Shown here in pieces: positions 27,231 through 40,894 of a stretch of DNA of 64,000 nucleotides. The stretch is from Octopus vulgaris. Lineage: Eukaryota. The notes under the pieces were generated by a model. That model ran no database searches and was not told the origin of the DNA. It worked only from the letters and a program-made list of their open reading frames with translations. The position numbers and the translations under genes are program-made. Where the stretch lies: assembly GCA_951406725.2 (NCBI GenBank), contig OX597815.1, positions 149,668,001 to 149,732,000 on the forward strand, read 5' to 3'. How positions within the stretch are numbered: position 1 is the stretch's first letter; every line of letters begins with the position of its first letter.

Positions 27231-27596
27231 TGAAGTATAGTTGCCACATAAATGTGGCTTACCACTAAGGCTAGATGCTACTGTAGCTTGCAGCCCCAGG
27301 AGAACATCTTCTCCAACTTGTTATTGACACACTTTCTGCGCCCCATCACTGTTTGCAAAGGGAAGCCTTTTTTTCATCGTCGACCTGACGTGATACGCAC
27401 GGACCCGGGTTTCTGAATATTTAGCCAGCGTCAGCGCATGACAGTCAGAAAGTGTGTCAATAGCCAGCTGGAAATGATGTTCTCTTGGGGCTACAAGCTA
27501 CAGTAGCATACCCCCTTAGTGGTGAGCCACATTTAAGTGGCAAAATACTTCACATCGTCGTGCATCTACTGTTTATACCTCGTTCAGAGATATATT
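27231..27596. mobile_element. Foldback PLE-derived element related to 3838-4320 (arms 27231-27338 / 27446-27552)
   Basis: Inverted arms; colinear homology with the 3838 element including the tactgttta..ctcgttc.gagat.tatt end; between TA and CA/TA tracts. Confidence 0.82.
27396..27440 (-). ncRNA. Minimal hammerhead ribozyme, A9C variant (probably impaired)
   Basis: Minus: CATGCG-CTGACGC-TGG..TCA-GAAAC-CCGG-GTC-CGTGCG. Confidence 0.7.
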
Positions 27597-27629
27597 ACAC
27601 ACACACACACACACATACACACACACACA

Positions 27630-27768
<139 letters not shown>

Positions 27769-28694
27769 TATATTTCATGCTTTATTCATTTCATTGCTAT
27801 TATTATTTATAGCAAATGTGATATGTTTTCTAACGAAACATTCGTCGCACAATATGTTATTTTATCTCTATAAAGCCATACTGAATATTAGAATTCAAGA
27901 AGTTAAGCCTTGTGTTAATGGATACTAGGATAATCGCCTTATTTCTTTTCCGTGAAAATATTTAACATTGAAGTTGTTTTTACTTCTTTCATCGTAGGTT
28001 ATGATTTCTACAATCGGGATTATTTAGTCTGCTGTGCAAAGCTGAAAATCAGGCAGATTACCTTATCACGGCTGAATTTTTGCATCTTCTCTGTAGATTA
28101 TCAACATTTTCAAGAATTTTCAGTAATACGTCATCAATTTATTAATTTTTCTCTTCTGATATCCTGTGCCCTGTTAAACCTGATTATGGTAAGAGTTGGT
28201 CTCGTCTATGAGTGTCATCATTAAAAATAATCTAACAAAACTTTGTAATGATGTTTTCTATAATAAATTGTAATATTTGATTTATTATTGTTTTTCGGGT
28301 GACCGATGTAAATAACCTTCTTTTATAAAATGATAGTTTGTCCGGGGTCTTAACTAATGAATGAAATATTATGTTGTTTTACAAAATGTTATTTATTTTT
28401 GTAAATATTTTTCTTTTCTTTTCAGTATAATTGCAATAAAAAATTAAATGATTGAAGAGATATGGTGCCAATATCAGGGATAATTAATGAGTGTATGTAT
28501 AAAGAAAGACTGTCAGCGTTGTTTAGGCTGCAACAGAGTTGGTCAGATGTGGATGGCTTATGATTCGGAATCAGAACAAGGCAGCAATATGCGTCTGCTA
28601 GACAAGGGAAATACACATACATAGATATATACATACGTATATACAAACACATATACATATGTATACGCGTGTGTATATGCATATATTTATGTAC

Positions 28695-28795
<101 letters not shown>

Positions 28796-29479
28796 ACTAT
28801 ATATGTATATGTGTGTTTCTCTTTGTCTTTGTTTTTTTTCAATTTTAATAAAGACAATTTTACAGTAATCTATACATTACTGGCATGCACATTTCTTATT
28901 CTTAATCAAAAATATTATTCACACTGATTTAGAAGATTTGGCCAGTGAAGCCATAGTCGGACTGCGATGCATTGAAATTGATATTGGTTTTATGTAGTCT
29001 CATTCCTTTGGTATGTCGGTTTTAGCGGAGTGATAATTAGGTTTTAAGGTGGGTATTTTTGAGAACTTTTTATTGACCAAATTTAAGAGTATGTTATTTT
29101 AGAATTTATTCATATGCGTAGTAATTTGTAAGTAGCTGAGAATATTTAGGTGTGACCCTTTAGGCAAGCAGTTACAGGATGTGTAAGTATTTTTACTTAT
29201 TTTGCGATGTATTGGATTTAGTCGCTTTCTGGAAGAAAAGTTACTCGTGATACCAGCAAATAGCAATACAGGGGTGCATAACCCATAAGCTGGCAGAAAG
29301 TGCATGCTCTTCTGGAGCTCTGATACATACATTACATCCAACCTAGAAGGATTTTCCTTCCCTATTTAGAATAAATAAGATAACTACTGAATACCTGATG
29401 AACACGAGAATACCAGTAGACCTCAAGGTTGTGACAGAAAATGGCGATATGCTATACCAGTGTGATATCTCAAAATATC

Positions 29480-29830
29480 TCTCAAATATTACTTGGCATA
29501 GACGAGAGGCATAATATAGTTGTAAAGTTTACTTACAAAGCTGCTCTAAGGAATATATCAAAGTTATGTCAGAAACAGCAGGTATTCACACCTTCATAAA
29601 CAAGGAAATCTGATCGAACACTCCAATAAACACAAAACATGTGTAAACACAACAGACTTGATATTGTTCTGTGTCACAGGGAACAAATGTCCTGCACTTA
29701 TAGCTCCTTTATTCTGATTATAAATCTTCACTGGTCCCTATCTTCATAGGTGCATCAGGCTGTGTATCCACAAATCAACACAAAAACTGAGTAATACTAG
29801 AAAAAGCAAAAGAAACTGAGTCACACTCAC
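29480..29830 (+). mobile_element. Possible highly degenerate RLE-type LINE 3' remnant
   Basis: RHNIVVKF and PIFIGASG-like peptides resembling the RHD and PIIIGALG motifs. Confidence 0.35.
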
Positions 29831-30486
29831 CAAATCCAATCGATGAGCGGCACATTGAAATCCTTTAGATTAATAGATGCACATACTTAAGCGTGTGAAC
29901 CGAGAGTTCAACCAGCACACCAACTCATCCAATATCTAAAATCACAGGAAACTCTTTTAACTAAAAAAAAAAAGTTTGTTTTCCTAGCAACCGGATGGAT
30001 CTCGCTTAACGAAATCTTAAATATAAATCAAGCAAAAAAAAACATACATATACATACGTATGTGCTTTTGCGCGCGGTTGTATCTAAATGTATGTTTGTA
30101 TGTACGTGAAGGTATCTGCATAGATGTATCTGCATACCGAAAATAGCATTAAGCTGAAGGATTAGTCAAGAATATTTTTGTGCCTTATAACTCTTTCTCC
30201 ATCTCTTCATCTCACGGAGATCCCAGCGGTGTCGCTGTTGATATGGAAATTGCCAGTGGTGTATATATGGACGTGTGATTGTATACATGTATGTGTATCA
30301 AAGGGTAGTTCTTTGGAGTCTATATCCTCAAAATTTTATTGGATCTAGATCCCAAAGCCAACGAGAGATCTTCTTTCTATTTGTGTTTTTCCTTATTTCA
30401 TAGAATAACATTTATGTGTACAATATAGACTTTCAGTGCATACTATATTTCTTCTTTGTGAACTAATGGCTGTGTAGTATGTAGCT

Positions 30487-30878
30487 AGGTGCAGTTGTGT
30501 GGCAAGTAGATTGCTTAAAAACCACATGGTTTCAGGTTCAGTCATACAGCGTGGTATCCTGGGCAAGTGTCTTCTATTATAGCCTCGAGACAGCCACAGC
30601 CTTGTAAGTAGATTAGGTAGAAGGAAACTGAAAAAAGCCTGTTGTATATATATAAATATATATGTGAGTGTGTGTGTCTGTGTCTGTGTTTGTCCTCCCA
30701 CCATCGCTTGACAACCAATACTGGTGGGTTTACGTCCCCATAACTTAGCAGTTAGGCAAAAGAGACCGATAGCATAAGTACTAGGCTTACAAAGAATAAG
30801 TCCTCGGGTCGATTTTTCGACTAAATCCAGTGCTCCAGCATGGCTGCAGTCAAATGACTAAAACAATTAAAAGAATAA
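30487..30878 (+). mobile_element. SINE family 1
   Basis: Homology to other copies. Confidence 0.9.
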
Positions 30879-31864
30879 TATATTCTATCTTTCATTGTAA
30901 ACACTAACCTTTTGTAATATTTCTCTCTGTTTTTATTTATTCTGTGCATCCTCCTTTCACATGCTTCTCTCTATTGTTACTTCCCTATATCTTTCTATTT
31001 TTCTTCTATCAAAAGCTTTCCTATTCCTTCTGCTTCTATAATTGTAAACTAATACTATTGCTCATAAAACACCAACATAATTTATTCTGTCAAAAATACG
31101 GTTTAAATTTCATATGTGCTAACATTCCTTTGTTTGTTTCTGTTGTGTAAATACCCGAAAACTTACATTCTTATACGTTGAAATCAACTCTGCATCTCTT
31201 GGCAGTAATGACTTGTTTCTCTCTCGTGCTACCTCTTCTTTGGTGTTTAAGTCTTCAGATAAAATTTTTCTTTCTAATAACTCTTCCTTGAATGAGGTTT
31301 ACATACACTGGTATATCTTGAGATGTCGTCCTGCGAAGAATTGGGTCGTAACTGCAGTGTTACATTTTAAATTTAAATACACACATATCTGGCTTTATGT
31401 TTATACGCCACAAAGACGTATATACAGGCACGTGAGTATGAGAACTAGATAGATAGATAGATAGACAGAGAGAGAGAGAGAGAGAGAATGAGAGACAGGT
31501 ATACATATGTATGTAGATATGTAAGCATGCATATATATTTATGTATGTATGTACGTATGTATGTATAATCATGAACACATATGCCTCAGAGTGAGTCTGT
31601 ACGTCAGTTGATATAGACTTTGAACAATATTTGCATAAAATATGCGCATAAATTTATACCATGTATTCTGTTATGTATTCATATGCAACAAGCTGTCAGT
31701 GATATTTGGAAGCCATCTTACAAGTATACTTACTCGGAAAAATAATTTCGCACTTCATTCTTTAGCTCAAGAAAACACTGTTTGTTTTATACACATATAT
31801 ACGCACACAAACTCACACATATGCATATGTGGATATACATATATACGTATGAATATATATATGA

Positions 31865-31905
<41 letters not shown>

Positions 31906-32494
31906 TATATTATATTATATCATATGAGAGAATATATATACATAAGTATGTAGAACTATGCGTATATATATACACATATATCCTGTATGTATAGACTCAC
32001 TTTTATATGTGATTGTTTATGTATACTTCGATGTGTCTACCTACTCTGGCGGTGTTCATGCGCTTGTATATGTATCTGTATGAAGGCCTGTTTGTTTTTG
32101 TGATTGATTAGTCAATGAGATTCGGAGCTCTGAGTTATAATCTTTGTCTGAACATTTCCTTCCTGCTATCTGCCAGAGTCTTTCACGGGAACTGTGTGTC
32201 ACTTTCGAAGAAAGAAAAAGAAAATATTAGGTGAATGTTAAGTATAAACAAATAACAAAAAAAAGTAACAAAATGTAAAAAAATAAACCGAAGTAGTTTC
32301 GTCTAGTTTCGGCATTATAAACTCCAATATATTATTGATAATTTACAGTGTGTTAGTATAATTTTCTTTTGTAGTTATTTTCTTCATTTCGTATCGTTGA
32401 TTTGTCTACCTTGAAGGAATCGAACTATACAGTAAGAAAGCAATGAATGATTCTGAAGAACGATAAAGAAATAATAATACATTCCATTATACAT

Positions 32495-32549
<55 letters not shown>

Positions 32550-32731
32550 CACATATATATATATATATACATATATGTATATATATGGATATATATATAT
32601 ATATATACGCACATGTATATATATATATATATATATATAAACATATATATGTGTCCGTGTGCTTGTGTGTGAGTGTGTGCTTGTGTTTTTGCGTGTATAT
32701 ATATATATATACATATACATATATGCATGTA

Positions 32732-32762
<31 letters not shown>

Positions 32763-33828
32763 TCGCACTTATGTAAGTACCAAGGTACTTACACACACAA
32801 ACACAAGCACAAATACGTATCACATCACAAGCGTTTTACAAATAAGGATTTTCCTTTACTTTTCTATTTTCGTTTTATGTTATCATTTTCGTTAAACTTA
32901 TTTTTTTACTCTTTATTTTTATTTCCATTCGCCTACATTCCTGAAGAAATTCCTTGATATTATCTTCATTCTTAATAGTTGATAGAATCTTTTCCCGACA
33001 GAATTCAATTCTAAAAACTGGGAGAACAAACTCAACCACAAAAATAACTTAAAAATATAAAAAAAACGCAAAAATGTTAACAGAGTACAATAAGATAAAA
33101 ACGCCTCTACCATCCATTTGCTGATGACGAAGAAAATACTATAAATAATAATAATTTCACGAAAAAAGATGGACTCGGCAATTCAGACACATTCTCTAAT
33201 CTATCAGCGATTTGATCCTATTTATCTAAAATCCTATTGGTTATAATGCACACCGTTGCAAGATTTAAGTCAGCTATTATGTGTTTTATTATTATTTTAC
33301 TTCGAACAAACTTCCAACTTATGCACAAGTAATAATGTAGGATTTTGTGTGTCGGTCCATCACCAAATGCTTTAAAGAAGCAAGACTGTTGATATCACTT
33401 GAAATGAAGCATGGTTGGGAATCACAGAATTTCGATTTCGAGCTATGTGTTTCTGGATTCGGTCCCTTAGAGCGCCACCATCGAAATTAGAAGATTGTAT
33501 TATACGTTTCATTAACGCTCTTCAGTTGTATTTAAAACATGAAATCTGAGAGAGAACCGTAAATTTACAGTGGTATCTATTTACGGATACAATCTGCGTG
33601 GTATTCACTAATTTTTCAGTATATACATATAAATATACACGCGCGCACACACACACACACACACATACATACGGATACACACACACACACATATATAAAT
33701 TAAATAACGAGGGTGATAAACTGAATATTAATTTAATTAATATCAATTTAAAACCAGTAGCCTAGCCTCGTTTAGTTTTATAAGGATAACAAGTGTTCAG
33801 TTTTACAATCTATATTGAATTGGAACGG

Positions 33829-33899
33829 TTGTACTGACGAGTCTATGGACGAAAACATTATGTAAGTAATTATCGGTAAAAGACGAAACCGGTCTACGA
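33829..33899 (+). ncRNA. Minimal type I hammerhead ribozyme, intact core, within a PLE-like fragment at ~33707-34045
   Basis: TTGTA-CTGACGA-GTCT...AGAC-GAAAC-CG-GTC-TACGA; palindromic ACCGGT. Confidence 0.87.
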
Positions 33900-34150
33900 T
33901 TAATTGTTGATTTTCATATATTTTCATCTGCCTTACCCGATTATATTCTGGTGTTTGCTTAATTTCTCTAGAGAACAATCTTTCCTTTGTAGTTAGATCG
34001 TATATGATCTTCTAGCATATTGGTTATCCACCTAGTGGACATCACTCAATATACATATGTATATATATATATATATATATAAAAGATTTTTTGGGGTAAT
34101 AAGATAAAAAAACAAGACTGTATAGATATTAGATAATTTATATATAGAAG

Positions 34151-34201
34151 GTCTTACTGCTGTTTCTAGGATATTAAAAATAATATCCCTTCATCGGAGA
34201 C
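34151..34201 (-). ncRNA. Minimal hammerhead (CCGATGA variant)
   Basis: Minus: GTCT-CCGATGA-AGGGATATTA-TTTT-TAATATCCTA-GAAAC-AGCA-GTA-AGAC. Confidence 0.72.
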
Positions 34202-34487
34202 GATGTGAGAGGAAAAATTAAGTCATAGTTAGTTTCGTTGTGATACAAAATAGAGAGTGAGGTGGAGGAACGAAAATAGATGTAATATATGTATGGTTAT
34301 TGAAGTTCTAAATCCGTTTTATAGACATAATGTTATATATGCAATATTCCAATATCCTTTGAGTAAGCCTATAAAACGGATTTACCATTTCAATGCCCAT
34401 ACATATATTACATCTATTTTCTTTCCTCCACCTCACTCTCTATTTTGTATCACATCTAAACTACGTCTTAATTTTTCCTGTCACATC

Positions 34488-34539
34488 GTCTCCGATGAAG
34501 GGATATTATTAATTAATAACCTAGATACAGCTGTAAGAC
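34488..34539 (+). ncRNA. Mirror hammerhead copy, GAAA mutated to GATA
   Basis: GTCT-CCGATGA-AGGGATATTA..TAATAACCTA-GATAC-AGCT-GTA-AGAC. Confidence 0.6.
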
Positions 34540-34771
34540 TTTCTATATATAAATGCTCTAATATCTATGCAGCCTTGTTTTTTTTATCTTATTACACAAA
34601 CAATTCTGATATACACACGCTGACATAGAACCCTTATTGAACCCTTTATTCGCAATATTACCGAATCTGGAACATAATTATGGTCCGTCTATAGCACTTA
34701 TTCCGCTTTACCTGACATATTTGGGTCTCAATGACACAATTATCTCTTATAACCTCAACTTCTCGTGTATA

Positions 34772-34832
<61 letters not shown>

Positions 34833-35413
34833 ATTTGTGTGTCTGTATGTATGTATATATGTATGTATGTATATATGTATATATGTGTATATATGTATAT
34901 ATATATATATATGTATATATGTATATATATATGTGTATGTATGTATATATATGTATGTATGTATGTATATATACATCAAACCAGGAAATTAGAAGAGTTC
35001 TTATTATTTATCCACCATTAGGTATATTTCATTTGCTAATGGGAATTATAAAGTTTCAAATGTTAGATAAACTAATAAAAAAAATTCTCTTGTAAGTCCT
35101 CAGGCAGAGAATCTAGTAATAATGTCCGCAGAATTTTTAATAGAAAATATATTACATGTTTATCTAACACATAAAATTTTGTAATTCATATTGTAATTCA
35201 ATATGAAACATGTGTAATGGTGGATACATATTACAAAAATAATTTCCAGTTTCCTGTTTTGTTATAAAACAACTTTGCAAATAATATTTCCAGAACGTTT
35301 AACTATATGTACCTTAGACAAACACAACAATACAGCAGTTACTTACTTGATTGTAATAATGGAATAAGTCCTTAAAGAGCGAAACAGCTTGGGTGTACCA
35401 TATATATATATAT

Positions 35414-35680
35414 ATCTTAATATATATAAAACTGAGAATGTGTGTCTGTCTGTCCGTGTGTTTCTCTAAAACTTGAGAACTACGCAACCAATTTCATTCA
35501 AATTTTACACATCCCTTACTTAGGGTCCGTGTAGTTTCCTGGTCAAAAAAATGTTCAACTCCTTGCCTAGATCGAGCCCATAGCAATATCATATCTTCTC
35601 CATTATTTCAGTATTACGTGTTAAAAGTGAAACAAAAATATTTCTCTATTTTATGTCAGATGCTTTCACTTTAACAATAA
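35414..35680 (+). mobile_element. Non-autonomous Helitron-like 5' fragment
   Basis: tcttaatatatataaaactgagaatgtgtgtctgtctgtcc...caaccaatttcattcaaatttt, same architecture as 23175-23535. Confidence 0.6.
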
Positions 35681-36104
35681 AAATAATAATAACAATTGAA
35701 TTATATGTAGTAAGTAATAATTAAAATCAAACTAAAGTATAATATAATCGTAACATACAAAGTAAAAATAGCAATTGGTATAAAATTGCATCAATGATTT
35801 GAACTTAAATAAGTGGTTTCACATGAATGTGAATAAATTAAAAATATAATTAGCGTGCAGAAATGGAATACTCCAGATGGATAATAAAAAATTAAATTAA
35901 AGAAAAGACTATTGTCTATAAAGTATACAATGTAGAGAAAAACGAAGAGCTAACAATTCCAGTCTGTTATATATTTTGAGTATTGTTATCACTAGCGATA
36001 TCCAGATATAATTTTGTATTTTGCATTTTATGAGTAGATGTATATATATAGATGTAAATGTAATATGTACACATATATATATATATATACACATATATAC
36101 ATGC

Positions 36105-36132
36105 ACTAGCACTATGACCCGGCAACGAAGGT
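36105..36132 (-). mobile_element. Helitron 3' terminus fragment
   Basis: Minus gacc..ggtc hairpin + atagtgCTAG. Confidence 0.5.
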
Positions 36133-36227
36133 CTTTAATGCTTGTATATATATATGTATGTATATATATGTATATATGTATGCATGTATGTATGATGTAT
36201 TTACACACACGCACTCGCACGTACAAG

Positions 36228-36285
<58 letters not shown>

Positions 36286-36321
36286 ATCAAATGAAATCAA
36301 AAACAGAACACAAAGGATGTC

Positions 36322-36412
36322 GCGATACACGTGTTTCAAGCTTTATAAATGACCTGTTCTTACATCATTGTATAGTCGACATAAAGGATGGTTTAAAGCT
36401 CACTTCAGCCGC
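36322..36412 (-). ncRNA. Minimal hammerhead, A9U variant, in a PLE-like fragment at ~36286-36640
   Basis: Minus: GCGG-CTGAAGT-GAGCTTTA...TAAAGCTT-GAAAC-ACGT-GTA-TCGC. Confidence 0.75.
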
Positions 36413-36639
36413 ATACAATTGTTATACCAAAGATTTACATCACATTAGGAAAAATTCGAAAGGTACATTTGGTATTACCCATAATGATAGGTATATCGAG
36501 TCTCCCTCAGAAAGTATGTTTGTAAACCTTCGTAACCAAATAGCTGTGTAGGGCATCATTGGACTTCGAAAATCCTTCCATCCTGTATCACCATTCAACA
36601 TAGAGTCAACATAGAGTTACGATTCCCATTAGTGATTTA

Positions 36640-36861
<222 letters not shown>

Positions 36862-36909
36862 TCGAGAAATAGCTTAGGAATGAGAACCCAGTTCAAAATT
36901 TCCCCAAGA

Positions 36910-36955
36910 AAACTAATGAAGGCGGCAGGATATATCAGCCAAAACTTTGTGTTGA
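36910..36955 (+). ncRNA. Degenerate hammerhead remnant
   Basis: CTAATGA-A-GGCGG..CAGCC-AAAAC; both conserved Gs (G5, G12) replaced by A. Confidence 0.4.
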
Positions 36956-37055
36956 TGAGGACAAATATCTGTCAAATGTAGATAATGTAAATAATATATG
37001 AAACCAAAATTTGGATGCTTATCATTTAAATTTACTGTATATTCTTTTCTCCCTT

Positions 37056-37109
<54 letters not shown>

Positions 37110-37111
<2 letters not shown>

Positions 37112-37592
37112 GCGCAGGAGTGGCTGTATGGTAAGTAGCTTGCTAACCAACCACATGGTTCCGGGTTCAGTACCACTGCGTGGCATCTTGGGCAAGTGTT
37201 TCTGCTATAGCCCCGGGCCGACCAATGCCCTGTGAGTGGATTTGGTAGACGGAAACTGAAAGAAGCCTGTCGTATATATATATATATATATATATACGAG
37301 AAAGAAGCAACAAGAATGGATTAGTTTTTAGTACAATTGTTTCATACAAAGACAGGCTTTATTACAAGTTGCAAAAATAGTCGCAGATAAAAGTGTCCCG
37401 TACTCATCAGCTAAAATACATATGAGTTCTCCAAACATCTTAGTGGGTGAGGTTATACTCATGAAATATTGGAGATAATTTCATTAAAGGCAGATATAGG
37501 TTGCAAACAGATTTCCAAAGTTCCTTAATGATGATGCACAGTCTTATGACAGATTCTTAAAAGCATATTAGTTTCACAGAGAAGATGAATTA

Positions 37593-37643
<51 letters not shown>

Positions 37644-37817
37644 TCCCCCTAGCATTGCTTGACAACCGATGCTGGTGTGTTTACGTCACCGTCACTTAGC
37701 GGTTCGGCACAAGAGATCGATAAAATAAGTACTGGGCTTACAAAGAATAAGGGTTGATTTGCTCCACTAAAGGCGGTGCTCCAGCATGGCCGCAGTCAAA
37801 TGACTGAAACGAGTAAA
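37110..37817 (+). mobile_element. SINE family 1 split by a PLE-like insertion (37297-37590) in its internal TA tract
   Basis: 5' half 37110-37272, 3' half ~37640-37817. Confidence 0.88.
37326..37416 (-). ncRNA. Minimal type I hammerhead ribozyme, intact core
   Basis: Minus: TTTTAG-CTGATGA-GTACGGGACA...TGTCTTTGTAT-GAAAC-AATT-GTA-CTAAAA. Confidence 0.88.
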
Positions 37818-37901
37818 GGAACGTAGGATAACATTTTTTCGAAAAAAAAAATTAATCAATGGCCAGCATATTAAAAAATACCTTTAAAGGTTAAATTATA
37901 A

Positions 37902-38102
37902 ACAACTTATAAATAAGGGCAAACGAAAAATTTCTAATGCTAAATATGCCGAAAATTGGACATAATATCCATTTACCATATAATTTTGTTCCCAGTACGC
38001 ACGGTACTGGGAAAAAAAATTACATGGTAAATGGACATTATGTCCAATTTTCGGCATATATGGCATTGGAAATTTTTCCGTTTGCCCTTATTTATAATTT
38101 GT
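37902..38102. repeat. Near-perfect ~97-bp-arm palindrome with 5-nt loop
   Basis: Centre cccagtac-gcacg-gtactggg; arms pair out to ttataaataagggcaaac / gtttgcccttatttataa. Confidence 0.9.
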
Positions 38103-38301
38103 ATATATATGTGTATATATATATATTTATATATTATGAGTCATACTCTTAAATTGTTGTTGGAATTACAACTACATTTACAAATCACTTTTCTTTCTGT
38201 TTAAACAATTTTAAAACAGGGTATTTTAAAATCCGCTGCCGGTAGTGCAATGCTTATTTCATAATCATATTTTCCATTATTTATTACTATACTTATTGCT
38301 G

Positions 38302-38374
<73 letters not shown>

Positions 38375-38939
38375 TGTTGTTGTTGTTGTTAATATTATCA
38401 ATATTCCTCTTGTTGTTATCAAAAATGTATAATTTGATAGACAAATACACATCCCTCTTATCCTCATATTTCTACAAATATTATATTCGGCTGTTGCAGA
38501 AAAGTTCGTATTGACATTCTATTCATGGTTCTCGAAAATTTACAAAGCAAACCTGCTTAACAATGAATGTTTCTCCATTGTTAAATATTATCTTCTGCTT
38601 TACTTAGTCTCAATTTGCATTACTGGCTCCATCCGTTCAAGCACTGAACCTAAATTAAGTGTAGATATTTCACATCTTCACGTTTTGGTATTCTCCGTTC
38701 TTCGGCAGCATACATTTAATTCTACCTGTTTACTGAGTCATTCAGCAGACTAGAAAACATTACGACAAATGTAACAAAGACTCCTATTTATGATGTTTTC
38801 GCAGGTAAACTATTATAAGTTACTTCTCTAATTCTGAAACACATTAAGAAGATTATTTTCATATAGTACAGTGTACAATGGAAAACGCTTCATATTTCAA
38901 ACAGCTGTAGCACCTGTGAAGTTAGACATATGGTAATAG

Positions 38940-39085
38940 AGAGGTCGACTTTGCCTTTCATCCTTTCGGGGTCGATGAATTAAGTACTGGTTTCGCACTG
39001 GGGTCAATGTAATCGACTTAATCCGTTTGTCTGTCCCTGTTTGTCCCCTCTGTGTTTAGCCTCTTGTGGGTAGTAAATAAATAGG
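38940..39085 (+). mobile_element. SINE family 5 fragment (Nin/Deu-like domain)
   Basis: gtcgactttgcctttcatcctttcggggtcgat..taagtac. Confidence 0.8.
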
Positions 39086-40894
39086 TAATAATGTTTCATA
39101 TATCTAACGTTATGTGTTGTACTTTTTACTTCAGTTTTCAGCTCTGGACCCGTGTAAACGGTGCATTTGCTTCTGCAACGAGAGTAGAGAATGACGCACC
39201 CTATAAAAATGTCACTACTCTTCATGTTATCACAAAAATTGCGTTTCTGAGAGATCATATGCAATAGAGTAGCTCGTAACGCCATTTTGCTAGGGGAATT
39301 ACATATATGCAGATCATTATATCATTGATGCTATCTTAGTCAACTTTTCACATTAAATGGGTATATACAAGTAAGTAAATTGCTATCTGTGCTTGGCTAA
39401 TTTCTTTTATTTATTGACTGCAAAAGGATGAAAAGACAAACCGACTTCAGTGGGAGTTGATGATAGAATTTAAAACACTATTGCTAATAACTTTAAATTA
39501 TATTGTCCGGCACTGACTATATGTGTAATATTGAATCTTCCTGATTCTTGAGAGAATGACTAACAACATTGTCATCAAGCAGGGGTTTTCAGTTGTTGAT
39601 TTTTATAGAGAAAGAGGTAGATAGAGAAAACTATAATTTATGCATTAAAATGTAGACTGTCGCAATAATATTCCAATGATATCAACTTAATATTAAAAAC
39701 TATAAAAACCAATTTTGCTAAACGTCATGCGTTAATGCGTAAACATATGTCAACTTTAATATAATGACCGAATCAAACCAGAAAAATATTTATAACATGT
39801 CGTGTGATAGGTAACATTTGAAATATACATTTGGCCACCATGGATGATATCAGGAAATATAGCATACATACAATAATTATAGTTCAGATTATATTAAATT
39901 TCTTGAAAATTATACAGAAAGATAGGCTGCATAGTAATTTTCAAAAATAGAGTATTCATTTCTTTTTTCTTTCGTGGTGCGTTTATACATTTCCTTTATT
40001 CATTTCTTGACCACAAGTCTCGTATACGCACATATCTCACTGTTATTAAGTTAACTATACCTTCATTTTTCTTTTACTTACTCCGCGCCTCTATCTATAT
40101 GTTGTAAAACGTCTCAAAAGAAATCAAACCACTAGCTAAGATAGATTCATTGAATGTAACTGATAAACTATGTTGAAAGTAAGACAGGTGACAACAATTT
40201 TCAACAGAATTTACTCAAATAACAATAAGAAGAACGTGGAAAATATTTAGGCTCTAAAACCTCATAATATTCTTGATAGAACCACTACATAAAATAATTA
40301 CCGATATTTCACTGGCCTTCATCGTCAAAGCATATATAAACAGTATATCATAGTATACGCTTTTATTTATTTATTTATTTATTTATTTCGCATTGTCCAA
40401 TATAGCTACGCGTTGCATGAAAGACTAGCAGCTCAATTAAATGAATGTGTCCAAAAATGTGTGGATAGTGACTGGGAAAAACACTTGTAATAAAAGATAG
40501 AGGCATACAAATTTCCGGGTAATTTCCCTAAACCATCCTCCCACACCATTTTAACATTCTCTATCCTTGAACGTACAGACTGATATATTGATCTCAATAA
40601 GAAATATCCTTAGGCAGTTCAATACTTTCTGCACGTAAGAGAAATCAAATTATTCAAGTATATGATGTAAGTTTACTGTTGGTATATTTAATGTAATGAA
40701 GGTTGGAATTCTTTACGTGTAATAAAATAAAATATTACAACTTTGCTAGTAAAATTTTTGCTATTTCGAAATGTAAGGTATATTTCGATCTTATTAAAGC
40801 ATCCTTTCGCAGCAAAATGTTGGCGTCGATACATTTGCTAAATTAGGCGTCAGAATATCAAACTAAACGGAAAAACTGTTGATATACACTTGTG

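Larger units (their letters stand above)
34096..34595. mobile_element. Foldback PLE-derived element, ~228-bp arms (34096-34324 / 34369-34595), HHR in each arm
   Basis: Reverse-complement alignment of arms; 44-nt spacer. Confidence 0.85.

Noticed and set aside
33118-33170. CTGATGA...GAAA
   Set aside because: No stem II pairing, no stem III or NUH site
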